Positions 43,476 through 53,618 of a DNA stretch of 64,000 nt are shown piece by piece. The notes beneath the pieces were generated by a model, which saw only the letters and a list, made by a program, of their open reading frames with translations, was not told the DNA's origin and did no database searches. The stretch is taken from positions 3,488,001 through 3,552,000 of the forward strand of contig OY761159.2 in assembly GCA_963664395.2 (NCBI GenBank). The letters run 5' to 3'. A program made the translations under genes and the position numbers. Origin of the DNA: Candidatus Binatia bacterium (GTDB lineage Bacteria > Desulfobacterota > Binatia > Bin18). The first letter of the stretch is position 1. Each line of letters begins with the position of its first letter.

Positions 43476-45688
43476 GTTGTCAGTTTTTGGGCAAGAGCCG
43501 TTTGCCACTGCTGGCGTAACGCTGTTGTTGAGATTTTCATATAGCCCGAAATTTCGAGCTGTGTGTCGGCAACTTCACCGAGGACGGAAAAGGGTAAGTG
43601 ACTCGCCCGGAGGAGCGCTTCGAGTCGATCCCAGTCAGCCGGTTGGACCGAAACAATAGCGCGCGATTGGCTCTCTCCAAAGAGTAAGGCGTCAGGACGT
43701 ATATCGCCTGTCAGCCTCACACGCGCTCCAAGAGTCCGGGCGGGATTGCTGATGCAGGCTTCCGCCAGGGCCACTGCCAAGCCGCCTTCCGCAACATCAT
43801 GGGCAGAGGCAAAGAGCCCTTCTTGGGCGGCCTGCACACACACCTGCTGGAGGAGCCGTTCCCGTTCCAGGTCAAGCTGGGGGGGCCGGCCACATTCCTG
43901 CTTATGGATCGTGGCCAGATATTCACTCGCGCCAAGTTCTTCGTGGGTCTCTCCCAATAAGACGATGAGATCGCCCGCGTGCTTAAACCACTGGGTGACA
44001 TGCTGCGTAACATTGTCCACAATCCCGACCATAGCAACCGTCGGGGTCGGAGGAATCGCCTGACCATCGGTTTCATTATAGAAGCTAACGTTGCCGCTGA
44101 CTACCGCCACCTCCAGCGCCTCGCAGGCCGCCCGCAGGCCGTCAATTGCCTGGGTAAACTGCCACATCACCTCGGGCTTCTCGGGGTTGCCGAAGTTGAG
44201 GCAATCGGACAGGGCAACCGGCCTGGCCCCGCTGACGGCGAGATTGCGCGCACTCTCGGCGACGGCAATCGCCGCTCCTCGATAGGGGTCAAGCGCGCAG
44301 TAGCGGCTATTGCAATCGACACTGATGCCCAGGCCCTTATCCGATTCTTTCAGCCGAATGATGGCTGCATCCGAGCCGGGCTGCACAACCGTATTTCCGC
44401 CAACGAGGAAATCGTACTGCCGATAGACCCACTCCTTACTGGCAAGATTCGGCGTGGTGAGGAGTGCGGTCAGGACTGCGGCATAGTCGGTGGGCAGCGG
44501 CAGGGTGTCGAGGTCGAGCTGTTGTTTCGACGTCAGGTCGGCCGGTCTGGCCGCCGGGCGTTCGTAGGCCGGTGCCTGTGAGGTCAAGGCCGAGACCGGA
44601 ATGCGGACGACTTCCTCTCCCTGCCACGTGGTGCGGAAGAGGCCGTCAGCCGTGACTTCACCAATGACGACGGCCTGGAGGTCCCAGGTGGCAAACACGT
44701 CTTTGACCGCCTCTTCACAGCCTTCCTTGGCGACAATCAGCATGCGTTCCTGGGACTCGGACAGCAGCAGCTCGTAGGGAGTAATGCCCGCTTCGCGGGT
44801 GGGGACGGTGTCAAGATCGAGGACGATGCCGACTTTGCCCCGGTCGGCCATTTCAACCGAAGAACTGGTCAGGCCGGCGGCTCCCATGTCCTGAATACCG
44901 ATAATCAGGTCCTGTTGCATGAGGGCCAGGCAGGCTTCGATCAGTACATTCTCGGTGAACGGGTCGCCCACCTGAACGGCCGGGCGGAGCGCTTCGGACT
45001 TGTCATCAAATTCCCGTGAGGCCAGCAGGCTCGCGCCGTGAATCCCGTCTCGGCCGGTGCGGGAACCCACATAGATGACCGGATTGCCCACCCCCGCGGC
45101 GGTCGCCCGAAAAATCCGATCGGTCGGCGCGATACCCAAGGTAAAGGCATTGACGAGGATATTGCCATTATAGCCAGGGTTGAAATAGACCTCACCACCG
45201 ACGGTGGGCACGCCGACACTGTTCCCGTAGCCGCCAATACCGGACACCACACCGGCGATCAGGTGGGGCGTGCGGGGATGATCAACCGTCCCAAAGCGGA
45301 GCGAGTTCAGCGAGGCAACCGGGCGGGCGCCCATCGTAAAGACATCGCGTAAGATACCGCCCACGCCGGTTGCGGCCCCGTGATACGGCTCGATAAAAGA
45401 CGGATGGTTATGGCTTTCGATCTTGAAGACCGCGGCCAGCCCGTCGCCAATATCGACGATGCCGGCATTCTCACCCGGCCCCTGCAGGATGGCCGGTCCG
45501 GTGGTCGGCAGCCGCCCCAGAAAGCGCCGGGAACTTTTATAGCTACAGTGCTCCGACCACATCACGGAGAACACGCCCAGCTCTTCGAAGGTCGGCGTGC
45601 GCCCCAGGGTCTGGACGATGCGGTCGTATTCGTCGCTTGACAGACCGTGGTCGTGAGCGAGTTGCAGATCAACCGGTATGGATGCCAT
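43469..45688 (-). CDS. purL: FGAM synthase subunit PurL
   Basis: [37 protein letters not shown]; start inferred. Confidence 0.97.
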   Translation of the reverse strand: MASIPVDLQLAHDHGLSSDEYDRIVQTLGRTPTFEELGVFSVMWSEHCSYKSSRRFLGRLPTTGPAILQGPGENAGIVDIGDGLAAVFKIESHNHPSFIEPYHGAATGVGGILRDVFTMGARPVASLNSLRFGTVDHPRTPHLIAGVVSGIGGYGNSVGVPTVGGEVYFNPGYNGNILVNAFTLGIAPTDRIFRATAAGVGNPVIYVGSRTGRDGIHGASLLASREFDDKSEALRPAVQVGDPFTENVLIEACLALMQQDLIIGIQDMGAAGLTSSSVEMADRGKVGIVLDLDTVPTREAGITPYELLLSESQERMLIVAKEGCEEAVKDVFATWDLQAVVIGEVTADGLFRTTWQGEEVVRIPVSALTSQAPAYERPAARPADLTSKQQLDLDTLPLPTDYAAVLTALLTTPNLASKEWVYRQYDFLVGGNTVVQPGSDAAIIRLKESDKGLGISVDCNSRYCALDPYRGAAIAVAESARNLAVSGARPVALSDCLNFGNPEKPEVMWQFTQAIDGLRAACEALEVAVVSGNVSFYNETDGQAIPPTPTVAMVGIVDNVTQHVTQWFKHAGDLIVLLGETHEELGASEYLATIHKQECGRPPQLDLERERLLQQVCVQAAQEGLFASAHDVAEGGLAVALAEACISNPARTLGARVRLTGDIRPDALLFGESQSRAIVSVQPADWDRLEALLRASHLPFSVLGEVADTQLEISGYMKISTTALRQQWQTALAQKLTTE

Positions 45689-45692
45689 AGGG

Positions 45693-46373
45693 CTACGCAA
45701 AGGCTGAGGTAAAGAGTTTACGCCCGTCTTCGCCCCCCAGCAGGGCTTCAACCGCATGTTCGGGATGGGGCATGAGTCCGACCACGTTCCCGTTCGCGTT
45801 AGTCACGCCGGCGATATTCTGCACGGCCCCATTCGGGTTGGCCGAGTCCAGCGCTTCGCCGGCCTGGTTCACATAGCGGAAGACGATTTGATCGTTGTCG
45901 TGCAGCGCCTTGAGGGTCGCCTCGTCCGCCACATAGCAGCCTTCGCCGTGTTTAATCGGCAGGGACAGACACTCGCCCGCCGAATACTGGGCCGTAAAAC
46001 GGGTCCGCGTCGTTTCCACCCGTATGGAGACCCACTCGCAGATAAACGCCAGCGAGCGGTTGCGGACCAGCGCTCCCGGCAGGAGCCCGCTCTCACACAG
46101 AATCTGAAACCCGTTGCACATGCCCAGCACCGGACCGCCGGCTCGGGCAAACGCAAGCACGCTGGACATGACGGGCGAAAAGCGGGCGACCGCCCCACAG
46201 CGTAAATAGTCGCCATAGGAAAACCCGCCCGGCAGCACAATCGCTTCGACGCCGAGCAGGTCCTGGTCTTTATGCCAGAGCGCGACCGCTTCCTGCCCGA
46301 GCACGGCTTCGAGGCAGTATCGCGCGTCCCGATCGTCGTTTGAGCCTGGGAAGGTGACTACGCCCCACTTCAC
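45693..46373 (-). CDS. purQ: FGAM synthase glutaminase subunit PurQ
   Basis: [16 protein letters not shown], GxCNGFQ, MPHPE. Confidence 0.97.
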   Translation of the reverse strand: MKWGVVTFPGSNDDRDARYCLEAVLGQEAVALWHKDQDLLGVEAIVLPGGFSYGDYLRCGAVARFSPVMSSVLAFARAGGPVLGMCNGFQILCESGLLPGALVRNRSLAFICEWVSIRVETTRTRFTAQYSAGECLSLPIKHGEGCYVADEATLKALHDNDQIVFRYVNQAGEALDSANPNGAVQNIAGVTNANGNVVGLMPHPEHAVEALLGGEDGRKLFTSAFA

Positions 46374-46379
46374 TTTGTG

Positions 46380-46625
46380 TTACTCCTCGATAATCTCAAA
46401 GCGAAAATCTTCAATGATGAGGTTGGCCAATAAACGCCGGCACATCTCTTCGACGCGCTGCTCGGCCTGCTGTTTGGAGAGACCCGTCAGCCGGACCTCC
46501 AGATACTTGCCCATGCGAACCTCGCTGACTTCCGCATAGTCGAGGGCGTGCAGGGAGTGCGCAATGGCCTTTCCCTGGGGATCGAGAATCGCTTTTTTAG
46601 GCGTAACGTATACTTTCGCCAGCAT
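46380..46625 (-). CDS. purS: FGAM synthase subunit PurS
   Basis: LDPQG, VRMGK, LLANxxIE. Confidence 0.95.
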   Translation of the reverse strand: MLAKVYVTPKKAILDPQGKAIAHSLHALDYAEVSEVRMGKYLEVRLTGLSKQQAEQRVEEMCRRLLANLIIEDFRFEIIEE

Positions 46626-46664
46626 TACTCCGCCTCATGCCGCCTCATGCCGCCTCATGCCGCC

Positions 46665-47966
46665 TCATGCCGCAGGCGTAAACACGCGCTCGAAGATATG
46701 GTCGGTATGCCGCAGCGCGTGGCGCGCATCAAAGAGCTGATCGATTTCAGACGGACTCAGCAGCCGGGTAATATCCGGGTCTTGGCGGACCTCAAGGGCA
46801 AAAGAGGCATTGCGCTCCCAGACCTTCATGGCATTGCGCTGAACCCAGCCATACGCCTCTTCGCGGGAAATTCCTTTGCGGACTAACGCCAATAACAGAT
46901 GTTCGGAATAAATCGCTTCCCCGAGCATGGCCATATTGGTCTGCATCCGCTCGGGGTGAACAACCAGCCGGTCCGCGAGCGTGGTCAGCCGGGCCAACAT
47001 AAAGTCGAGCAGCGTGGTTGCATCCGGGCCAATCACGCGTTCGACCGAGGAATGGCTGATATCGCGCTCATGCCATAATGGGACATTCTCCAGGGCTGAG
47101 AGTGCGTAGCCGCGCAGCAGGCGCGCCAGTCCGCTCACATTTTCCAACTGCCACGGATTGCGTTTATGCGGCATGGCGGACGAACCCTTTTGGCCGGGGG
47201 TAAAGGGTTCTTGCACTTCAAAGACTTCGGTGCGTTGCAGATGGCGCAGCTCAGTCGCAATCCGGTCGAGCGAGCTGCCGATCAGCGCCAGCGTCGAGAA
47301 AAAGTGGGCATGCCGGTCACGCGGGATCACTTGGGTGGCAATGGTTTCCGGGGCGAGCCCCAAGCGCGCACAAATAGATGCTTCGACCGCGGGATCAATG
47401 TTGGCATACGTGCCAACCGCGCCTGAAATTTTGCCGACCGCAATCTCGCGCCGGGCGTGCACCAGGCGAGCCTTATTGCGCTCCATCTCGGCGAACCAGT
47501 GGGCGACTTTGAGGCCGAAGGTAATCGGCTCGGCATGCACGCCGTGGCTGCGTCCGATCATGACCGTGTGCCGATGTTCCTGGGCGCGCCGCTTCAGCAC
47601 GTCGAGTAAGGCATCCAGATCGGTCAGAATAACATCCGTTGCCTCGCACAGTTGAACGGCAAAGCCGGTATCGATCACATCGGACGAGGTCAGGCCAAGA
47701 TGCAGATAGCGTCCTTCTTGGCCCACACTCTCAGCCACCGCGGACACAAAGGCAACCACATCATGCTTGACCTCGGCTTCGATCTCTTGCATACGGCGAA
47801 TATCGACCTGCGCGTGTTGTCTCAGATGAGGAATCACTGCCGCTGGGATGTCACCGCGCTCAGCCAACGCTTCACACGCCAGCAGCTCGACTTCCAGCCA
47901 GGTGGAAAGCTTTTTCTCCTCTGACCAAATCCGGCGGAGGGCCGGACGGGTGTAGCGCTCGATCAT
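46665..47966 (-). CDS. purB: Adenylosuccinate lyase
   Basis: MIERY, GRSHGVHAEP, GSSAMPHKRNP, ERDISHSS. Confidence 0.97.
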   Translation of the reverse strand: MIERYTRPALRRIWSEEKKLSTWLEVELLACEALAERGDIPAAVIPHLRQHAQVDIRRMQEIEAEVKHDVVAFVSAVAESVGQEGRYLHLGLTSSDVIDTGFAVQLCEATDVILTDLDALLDVLKRRAQEHRHTVMIGRSHGVHAEPITFGLKVAHWFAEMERNKARLVHARREIAVGKISGAVGTYANIDPAVEASICARLGLAPETIATQVIPRDRHAHFFSTLALIGSSLDRIATELRHLQRTEVFEVQEPFTPGQKGSSAMPHKRNPWQLENVSGLARLLRGYALSALENVPLWHERDISHSSVERVIGPDATTLLDFMLARLTTLADRLVVHPERMQTNMAMLGEAIYSEHLLLALVRKGISREEAYGWVQRNAMKVWERNASFALEVRQDPDITRLLSPSEIDQLFDARHALRHTDHIFERVFTPAA

Positions 47967-48100
47967 GAGCGCAGTGCTATCAGAACTTCAGCCGCGACCA
48001 AAGAGGGGCGCTGTTTCTTTCCTGGGAGCAGGTCATCAAAAGGGTGTTGCAATCAGGTGAGAGGCGGGGTAAGTCAGAAGGCCCTGCTCCAAAGCAACGC

Positions 48101-48173
48101 GGCGGCGTACCCAAGTGGCTAAGGGAGAGGTCTGCAAAACCTCCATTCACCGGTTCGAATCCGGTCGCCGCCT
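48101..48173 (+). tRNA. tRNA-Cys(GCA)
   Basis: Cloverleaf; anticodon loop CTGCAAA; GGTTCGAATCC. Confidence 0.95.
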
Positions 48174-48175
48174 TG

Positions 48176-48973
48176 TCACTCTTCTTCATTCCGGCCCTGG
48201 CGCCGTGGCCCAAAACACACTCCCCTTTTCGAGTCTTGTATGAAACCCAGCAAGGCCCGGACATCTTGAGACGGAGCGGTCTCCCACAGTTGCGCGACTT
48301 TGTGTCGCATGTTTCCTCGCTGGCGGAACAACGTAGCAAACGCCTGTTTCAAGGCCGCAATCCGCTCTCGACTAAAGCCGGCGCGCCGCAGGCCGACGAC
48401 GTTTAAGCCCCGCACGGTATGGGTGCCGTCCATAATACAAAAGGGCGGGACATCCCGACTGGTCCGGGACAGCCCCCGCAGCAGGGCCAAGGTCCCGATC
48501 TTTACAAACTGGTGGACGACACAGTTGCCGGACACAAGGGCGCGGTCCGCGACCTCGACATAACCGGCCAGAAGCGCCCCTCCGGCAATGATCGTATTGT
48601 TCCCCAGCCGGCAATTATGCGCCACATGCGCATGCTGCATGAGATAATTATCGTTGCCGATAATCGTGGCACTCTCAGCCTGTGTCCCGCGGTGAATTTG
48701 GCTGTGCTCGCGCACGGTATTGCGGTGACCGATCCTGAGAAAACTTCTTTCACCCGAGTACGAGAAGTCCTGCGGGGCGTGGCCGATGACCGCCCCCATA
48801 TGGATTTCATTGTCTTCGCCGATTTCGGTCCAGCCGCTGAGTACGGCGTGGGCAAGAATCCGCGTTCCGCGTCCAATCCGGACAGCGCCGTCAATCACAA
48901 CATAGGGGCCGATGTCAACGCTGGGGTCAATGTCGGCTTGCGGGGAAATAATGGCTGTCGGATGGATCGCCAT
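48176..48973 (-). CDS. lpxA: UDP-N-acetylglucosamine O-acyltransferase
   Basis: IHPTA hexapeptide repeats, PQD, IHRGT, HVAHNC, VHQF, DVPP, GLNxVGLRR. Confidence 0.9.
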   Translation of the reverse strand: MAIHPTAIISPQADIDPSVDIGPYVVIDGAVRIGRGTRILAHAVLSGWTEIGEDNEIHMGAVIGHAPQDFSYSGERSFLRIGHRNTVREHSQIHRGTQAESATIIGNDNYLMQHAHVAHNCRLGNNTIIAGGALLAGYVEVADRALVSGNCVVHQFVKIGTLALLRGLSRTSRDVPPFCIMDGTHTVRGLNVVGLRRAGFSRERIAALKQAFATLFRQRGNMRHKVAQLWETAPSQDVRALLGFIQDSKRGVCFGPRRQGRNEEE

Positions 48974-48991
48974 ACGTGACAAGCGACTGTA

Positions 48992-49177
48992 TCAAAGCTT
49001 GTTTGGCTCGGTGTCCTCCGAGGGCGTCAGGTCTGCCTGCTCGCCAGGGATGTGATACGTATCACTCGCCCACGCACCAAGGTCAAGCGTCCGACAGCGC
49101 TCCGAACAAAAAGGGCGGTAGGCGTTGTCCTGCCACGGGGTTTCTTTACGACACTGTGGACACTTGACCGTTTGCAT
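48992..49177 (-). CDS. yacG: DNA gyrase inhibitor YacG
   Basis: CPxC...RPFCSERCxxxDLGxWAS.xYxIP. Confidence 0.92.
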   Translation of the reverse strand: MQTVKCPQCRKETPWQDNAYRPFCSERCRTLDLGAWASDTYHIPGEQADLTPSEDTEPNKL

Positions 49178-49277
49178 AAGCGCACACCTGTAAAATGAAC
49201 AAGCGTACCAACATCCGCATGCATCCGCATGCATCCGCATGGCTGTTGGAGGGCGCGTTTGCTCATTGCAAGGGAAA

Positions 49278-49349
<72 letters not shown>

Positions 49350-49417
49350 TCAGGATTATAGTTTACCCTCCGTCCGACGAGACTGCGAAAGAGAAAGGGA
49401 GTTGCTGAAAAAGAAAA

Positions 49418-49535
49418 CCCCGGCCTCGTCCTACTCTCCCACAGCATTCCGCTGCAGTACCATCGGCGCTGGAGGGCTTAACGGCCGTGTTCGGGATGGG
49501 AACGGGTGTGGCCCCTCCGCCATTGAGACCGGGGA
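49418..49535 (-). rRNA. rrf: 5S rRNA, stand-alone
   Basis: Reverse complement has CACACCCGTTCCCATCCCGAACACGG, GATGGTACTG and GGGAGAGTAGG; terminal CCCGG helix. Confidence 0.95.
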
Positions 49536-49551
49536 ATTTTCTTAGTCGCCT

Positions 49552-49580
49552 CTAATAACGGCCTCGGAGTGTGCTGTCAA
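49552..49580 (-). promoter_or_regulatory. Sigma70-like promoter for the 5S rRNA
   Basis: TTGACA-17 nt-TATTAG on the minus strand, just upstream of 5S. Confidence 0.7.
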
Positions 49581-49738
49581 GCCTCCCAGCCGGCGTCGGT
49601 TGACGACCCCGGCATCCGCCGTTACCGTGATGCACGGTTCCTGTACGGGCATAGAGGGAGCAGAATGGAGCCTCCCGAGTGCGGCTTCGAGTTGCTTGAC
49701 TCAGTATAGACGGCCTCCTAAGATCAGCAGCCTTGCTC

Positions 49739-50335
49739 ATGAAGGAAGAAATAGCACAGATTTTTCAGGCCAGTATTGAGGTAAAAGAACAGTTCTTGCG
49801 GGCGCATGGCAACGAATTGGTCGCCGCAACCAAGACCGTTATCCGGACGCTGCGTACGGGTGGAAAAATTCTCCTGTTCGGGAATGGCGGCAGTGCTGCC
49901 GATGCGCAGCATATCGCCGCCGAGTTCGTGAATCGCTACCTGATCGATCGCCCTCCGCTGCCGGCGATTGCGCTGACAACCGACTCCTCGGCTTTGACCT
50001 CGATTGCGAACGATTACGGTCCCACTGAGATTTTTGCCAAGCAAATACAAGCACTTGGTAAAAATAAGGATGTCGCTATCGCACTCTCGACAAGTGGCAA
50101 TTCATCAAACGTTCTCCGAGGACTTGAGTGTTGCCGCAGCATAGGGATGCGGACCATTGGGCTGACGGGCGGGAGTGGCGGGGCGATGGCCGCTCTGGTC
50201 GATCATTGTCTGTGTGTCTCGGCAACAACCGTCACGCCTCGGATTCAGGAAACGCATATTCTCATCGGACATGTGATCTGCGAAATGGTTGACCTGAGCC
50301 TCTATGGGGCCGGGCGCCCGGAGAGTGAACAGTGA
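49739..50335 (+). CDS. gmhA: D-sedoheptulose-7-phosphate isomerase
   Basis: GNGGSAADAQH, NDYG, STSGNS, RIQExH. Confidence 0.95.
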   Translation: MKEEIAQIFQASIEVKEQFLRAHGNELVAATKTVIRTLRTGGKILLFGNGGSAADAQHIAAEFVNRYLIDRPPLPAIALTTDSSALTSIANDYGPTEIFAKQIQALGKNKDVAIALSTSGNSSNVLRGLECCRSIGMRTIGLTGGSGGAMAALVDHCLCVSATTVTPRIQETHILIGHVICEMVDLSLYGAGRPESEQ

Positions 50336-50359
50336 AAAACCGAGCGTTCGGGGCCGGAA

Positions 50360-50467
50360 CCCACCCCGCCGCTGCGCGGCACCCCTCCAGGGAGGGGAGT
50401 TGGAAGGGGCCCGGTTCTGTTTTCTCTATCCCCTCCTCGGAGGGGTGGCCCGAAGGGCCGGGGTGGG
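50360..50467. repeat. Inverted pair of REP-like double hairpins
   Basis: CCCACCCCG...ACCCCTCCAGGGAGGGGA and an inverted copy. Confidence 0.85.
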
Positions 50468-50477
50468 TTAGGGCGCA

Positions 50478-51443
50478 ATGAAATTCCCTCCTATCGACCC
50501 GAGACTCGCCTCAACCTATCCGCTCAGTCAACGCCGCAGTAAAGTCGCCGTGCAGGGATTGGGCAAGCCGTGGCGGGTGGGTGGCAGTCTGGAGGAATTT
50601 CTGCACTCTCTGCCGCGTATTCTGGCCGCTACCGACCTGGGTGAAATCGCCGGCCGCATTGCGACCGCCGTCCGGTCCGGGCGACCCGTTGTCCTGGGCA
50701 TGGGTGCCCATCCGCTCAAAGTCGGTCTTTCCCCGCTTATTATCGATCTTCTGGAGCGGGGCATTATTGCCGCCGTTGCGCTCAACGGTGCCTGCATTAT
50801 CCACGATTTTGAACTGGCCTATCAGGGGGCGACTTCCGAGGATGTCGCCGCCAGTCTGGAGACGGGCCAGTTTGGCATGGCGCAGGAAACCGGAGAATTT
50901 TTGAACACTGCCATACAAACCGGGGTGACGCAGCAGGGGGTGGGTATTGGGCGAGCCGTTGGCGCGCGCATTCTGGCGGAACAATTGCCGTATGCCTCGC
51001 TGAGTGTGCTGGCCGCGTGCGCCCGGCTTGAGGTGCCGGCTTGTGTCCATGTCGCGATCGGGACGGATATTATTCATATGCATCCCAGCGTTGACGGGCG
51101 GGCAATCGGACAAGGCAGCCTGCGCGACTTTCACCTGCTGACTTCGGTTGTGGCCCAATTGGAAGGCGGGGTGTTTATCAACCTGGGCTCGGCCGTCATC
51201 ATTCCCGAAGTGTTTCTCAAAGCGCTCTCGCTGGCCAGAAATCTCGGCCATCCGGTGAAGACCCTGACTACGGTTGATATTGATTTCATCCGGCAGTATC
51301 GACCGACGGTCAACGTGGTGCATCGCCCCACCCAACAGGGCGGGCGCGGTTTTCAGCTAACCGGCCACCATGAAATTCTCTTCCCGCTGCTGTGTGCCGC
51401 GGTTTTGGAAGAACTGGGAACCGACGCGCCGGACAGGGCGTAA
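50478..51443 (+). CDS. Conserved hypothetical protein, possibly deoxyhypusine-synthase-like fold
   Basis: GAHxxKVG, IHDFE, GTDIIHMHP, GSAVIxPEVFLKA, GHHE. Confidence 0.7.
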   Translation: MKFPPIDPRLASTYPLSQRRSKVAVQGLGKPWRVGGSLEEFLHSLPRILAATDLGEIAGRIATAVRSGRPVVLGMGAHPLKVGLSPLIIDLLERGIIAAVALNGACIIHDFELAYQGATSEDVAASLETGQFGMAQETGEFLNTAIQTGVTQQGVGIGRAVGARILAEQLPYASLSVLAACARLEVPACVHVAIGTDIIHMHPSVDGRAIGQGSLRDFHLLTSVVAQLEGGVFINLGSAVIIPEVFLKALSLARNLGHPVKTLTTVDIDFIRQYRPTVNVVHRPTQQGGRGFQLTGHHEILFPLLCAAVLEELGTDAPDRA

Positions 51444-51484
51444 CCGCGCGTTCGACTGCCGGGGCTCCAAAAGATGTCCGGCAG

Positions 51485-51825
51485 ATGCACGTCTGGCGGA
51501 AGAGGGCATGGTCGGAGTAGGATATAAACGTTTCTGGGGCTATTTCGGGTTTTGGGAAGCGTTCCGGTTTCCCGAAGATGAACTCGAATATCCGAGTGGA
51601 AAGCAACGTCTTCCTCTACATGAATGGACGGTTGAGCGTATGATACGGGCGAATTACCTGTATGCCGGGCCTGTGGATGAGGTGGTGCAAGGGATGGATG
51701 CCTTGGCCGACGCGGTAAACCCGGAATGGTTTGCGTGGCTGTTTGACCAGGGGCTCCTGCCTCGGACAGAACTGAGGAAGCAGCTTGAACTATTCGGCAA
51801 ACATATTTTGCCACGCTATCGTTAA
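51485..51825 (+). pseudogene. C-terminal fragment of an LLM-class flavin-dependent oxidoreductase
   Basis: AGPVDEV...QLELFGKHILPRYR resembles the LLM C-terminus; no N-terminal part; left boundary approximate. Confidence 0.6.
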
Positions 51826-51892
51826 CGCCGAAAACGACGAAGAAAACACGCGCCCGCAACACGCGCAGGACAGAAATCAGACGGACCGCAGC

Positions 51893-53125
51893 ATGCCACA
51901 GTTCCAATACCAGGCGACCACCCCGCAAGGAAAAATCATTGAAGGCGTGCGGGAAGCGGGAGAGGAGCGGGCGGTCGTGGCGTGGCTCCATAAGCAGGGC
52001 TATATACCCCTCAGCGTCGCACTGCCGCACCGCCGGGAAGCCGCCCCCACGCGGAAATGGTTGTCTCTGCCGGCGCTGCCGTGGAGTGGCCACATCTCGC
52101 AGCGTGACTTGCTGCTCCTGACCCGCGAGCTGGCGACCATGCTCTCGGCCGGGTTGCCGCTGGACCGGGCGCTGGCGATCCTGGTCGGGCTCACTGAAAA
52201 AGCCGCACTCAGCCACGTGGTGGCTGAAGTGTTGAAGGCCGTCCAGCAAGGCCAATCGCTGGCAGAAGCTTTGGCCGAGTATCCCCACATCTTTCCGCCT
52301 CTGTATATTAATATGGCGCGGGCAGGAGAAGCCGGCGGCTTTCTGGAGACGGCCTTGCAGCGCGTAGCGGAATATCTTGAGCGTGCCCAAGAGGTCCAGG
52401 AGGAAGTGAAGTCAGCCCTCGCCTACCCCGTTATTCTGGTGCTCTTTGGCACTGGGGCTATTGTTTGCATGTTCATATTTGTCCTGCCGCGCTTTGCCGG
52501 CTTATTCGCCGATAGCGGCCAGACGCTCCCGGCTTCAACCCAGTTCATGTTGACGACCAGTGAGGTCCTGCGTGCCTATTGGTGGGGATTCCTGTTGTTC
52601 GGGGTTGGCAGCGTCTTCGGCTGGCGGCGCTACGTCGCCACTCCCCAGGGTCGCCTGACGTGGGACGGATTCTGTCTCCGCCTGGTGCTCCTCGGTCCCT
52701 TACTCCAAAAGCGCGAGGTGGGTCGTTTTTCCCGCACTCTGAGTACCCTGCTCAGCAGTGGGGTGCCGTTGCTCCAGGGACTTGAGATCGTGGAGGCCGT
52801 TATTGAGAATAAGGTCATTGGTCAGGCCGTCAAGGAAGTCCGGGCCGGGGTCCGGGAAGGGCAGGGGATTGCCGCACCGCTCGGACGAACCGGGGTGTTC
52901 CCGACGATGGCGCTTCAGCTGATCGGGGTGGGCGAGGAAACCGGTCGTCTGGATGAAATGCTGAAACAAGTTGCCGATTACTTTGAGCGCGAGACGCAGC
53001 AGCAGATCAGGCGAATGACCTCGCTGGTTGAACCGGTCCTGTTGCTGACCATGGGACTGATTATCGGCTTTGTCGTGATTTCCATGCTGGTCGGCATCTT
53101 CAGTATGAACGACATGGCCCTGTAA
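51893..53125 (+). CDS. gspF: Type II secretion inner membrane platform protein F
   Basis: RELATMLxAGLPL, AGExGG, AYP, GEETGxLDxML, EP. Confidence 0.92.
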   Translation: MPQFQYQATTPQGKIIEGVREAGEERAVVAWLHKQGYIPLSVALPHRREAAPTRKWLSLPALPWSGHISQRDLLLLTRELATMLSAGLPLDRALAILVGLTEKAALSHVVAEVLKAVQQGQSLAEALAEYPHIFPPLYINMARAGEAGGFLETALQRVAEYLERAQEVQEEVKSALAYPVILVLFGTGAIVCMFIFVLPRFAGLFADSGQTLPASTQFMLTTSEVLRAYWWGFLLFGVGSVFGWRRYVATPQGRLTWDGFCLRLVLLGPLLQKREVGRFSRTLSTLLSSGVPLLQGLEIVEAVIENKVIGQAVKEVRAGVREGQGIAAPLGRTGVFPTMALQLIGVGEETGRLDEMLKQVADYFERETQQQIRRMTSLVEPVLLLTMGLIIGFVVISMLVGIFSMNDMAL

Positions 53126-53146
53126 CGGACAGAAAGGAGACGGCGT

Positions 53147-53581
53147 ATGCAGCCCAACAAAAAGACTCTACTCAATCAAGCTGGCCAATCCGGCTTTACA
53201 CTTATTGAACTCCTGGTCGTGATGGTGATTATCGGTTTGCTGGTTGCGCTGGTTGGGCCGAACGTGATGGGCCGCGCCGAGAAAGCCAAGCCGCAGGCCG
53301 CCCGGGTGCAAATCGAAAATCTGTCCAGCGCGCTTGAGATGTTCAAGTTGGACGTCGGCAGGTATCCGACCGAAGAGGAAGGGCTGGCCGCGCTCCGTGA
53401 AGGGCTGTCCGGAGTGGCCCGCTGGGATGGCCCTTATCTCAGAAAAAAGGTGCCCAAGGACCCCTGGGACCAGGCCTATGTCTATCGCCGCTCAGGAAGA
53501 GAATTCGAGGTGCTCTCCTATGGGGCCGATGGTGTGACGGGCGGTTCCAGCGTTGACGCCGATATCCTCAGTTCCGAATAA
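53147..53581 (+). CDS. gspG: Type II secretion major pseudopilin G
   Basis: Prepilin site GFTLIELLVV; GRYPT, WDGPYL, DPW, SYGADG. Confidence 0.96.
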   Translation: MQPNKKTLLNQAGQSGFTLIELLVVMVIIGLLVALVGPNVMGRAEKAKPQAARVQIENLSSALEMFKLDVGRYPTEEEGLAALREGLSGVARWDGPYLRKKVPKDPWDQAYVYRRSGREFEVLSYGADGVTGGSSVDADILSSE

Positions 53582-53618
53582 GAGGCGGGGTCAGAGGCCG
53601 AATAATGAGGATGAGTGG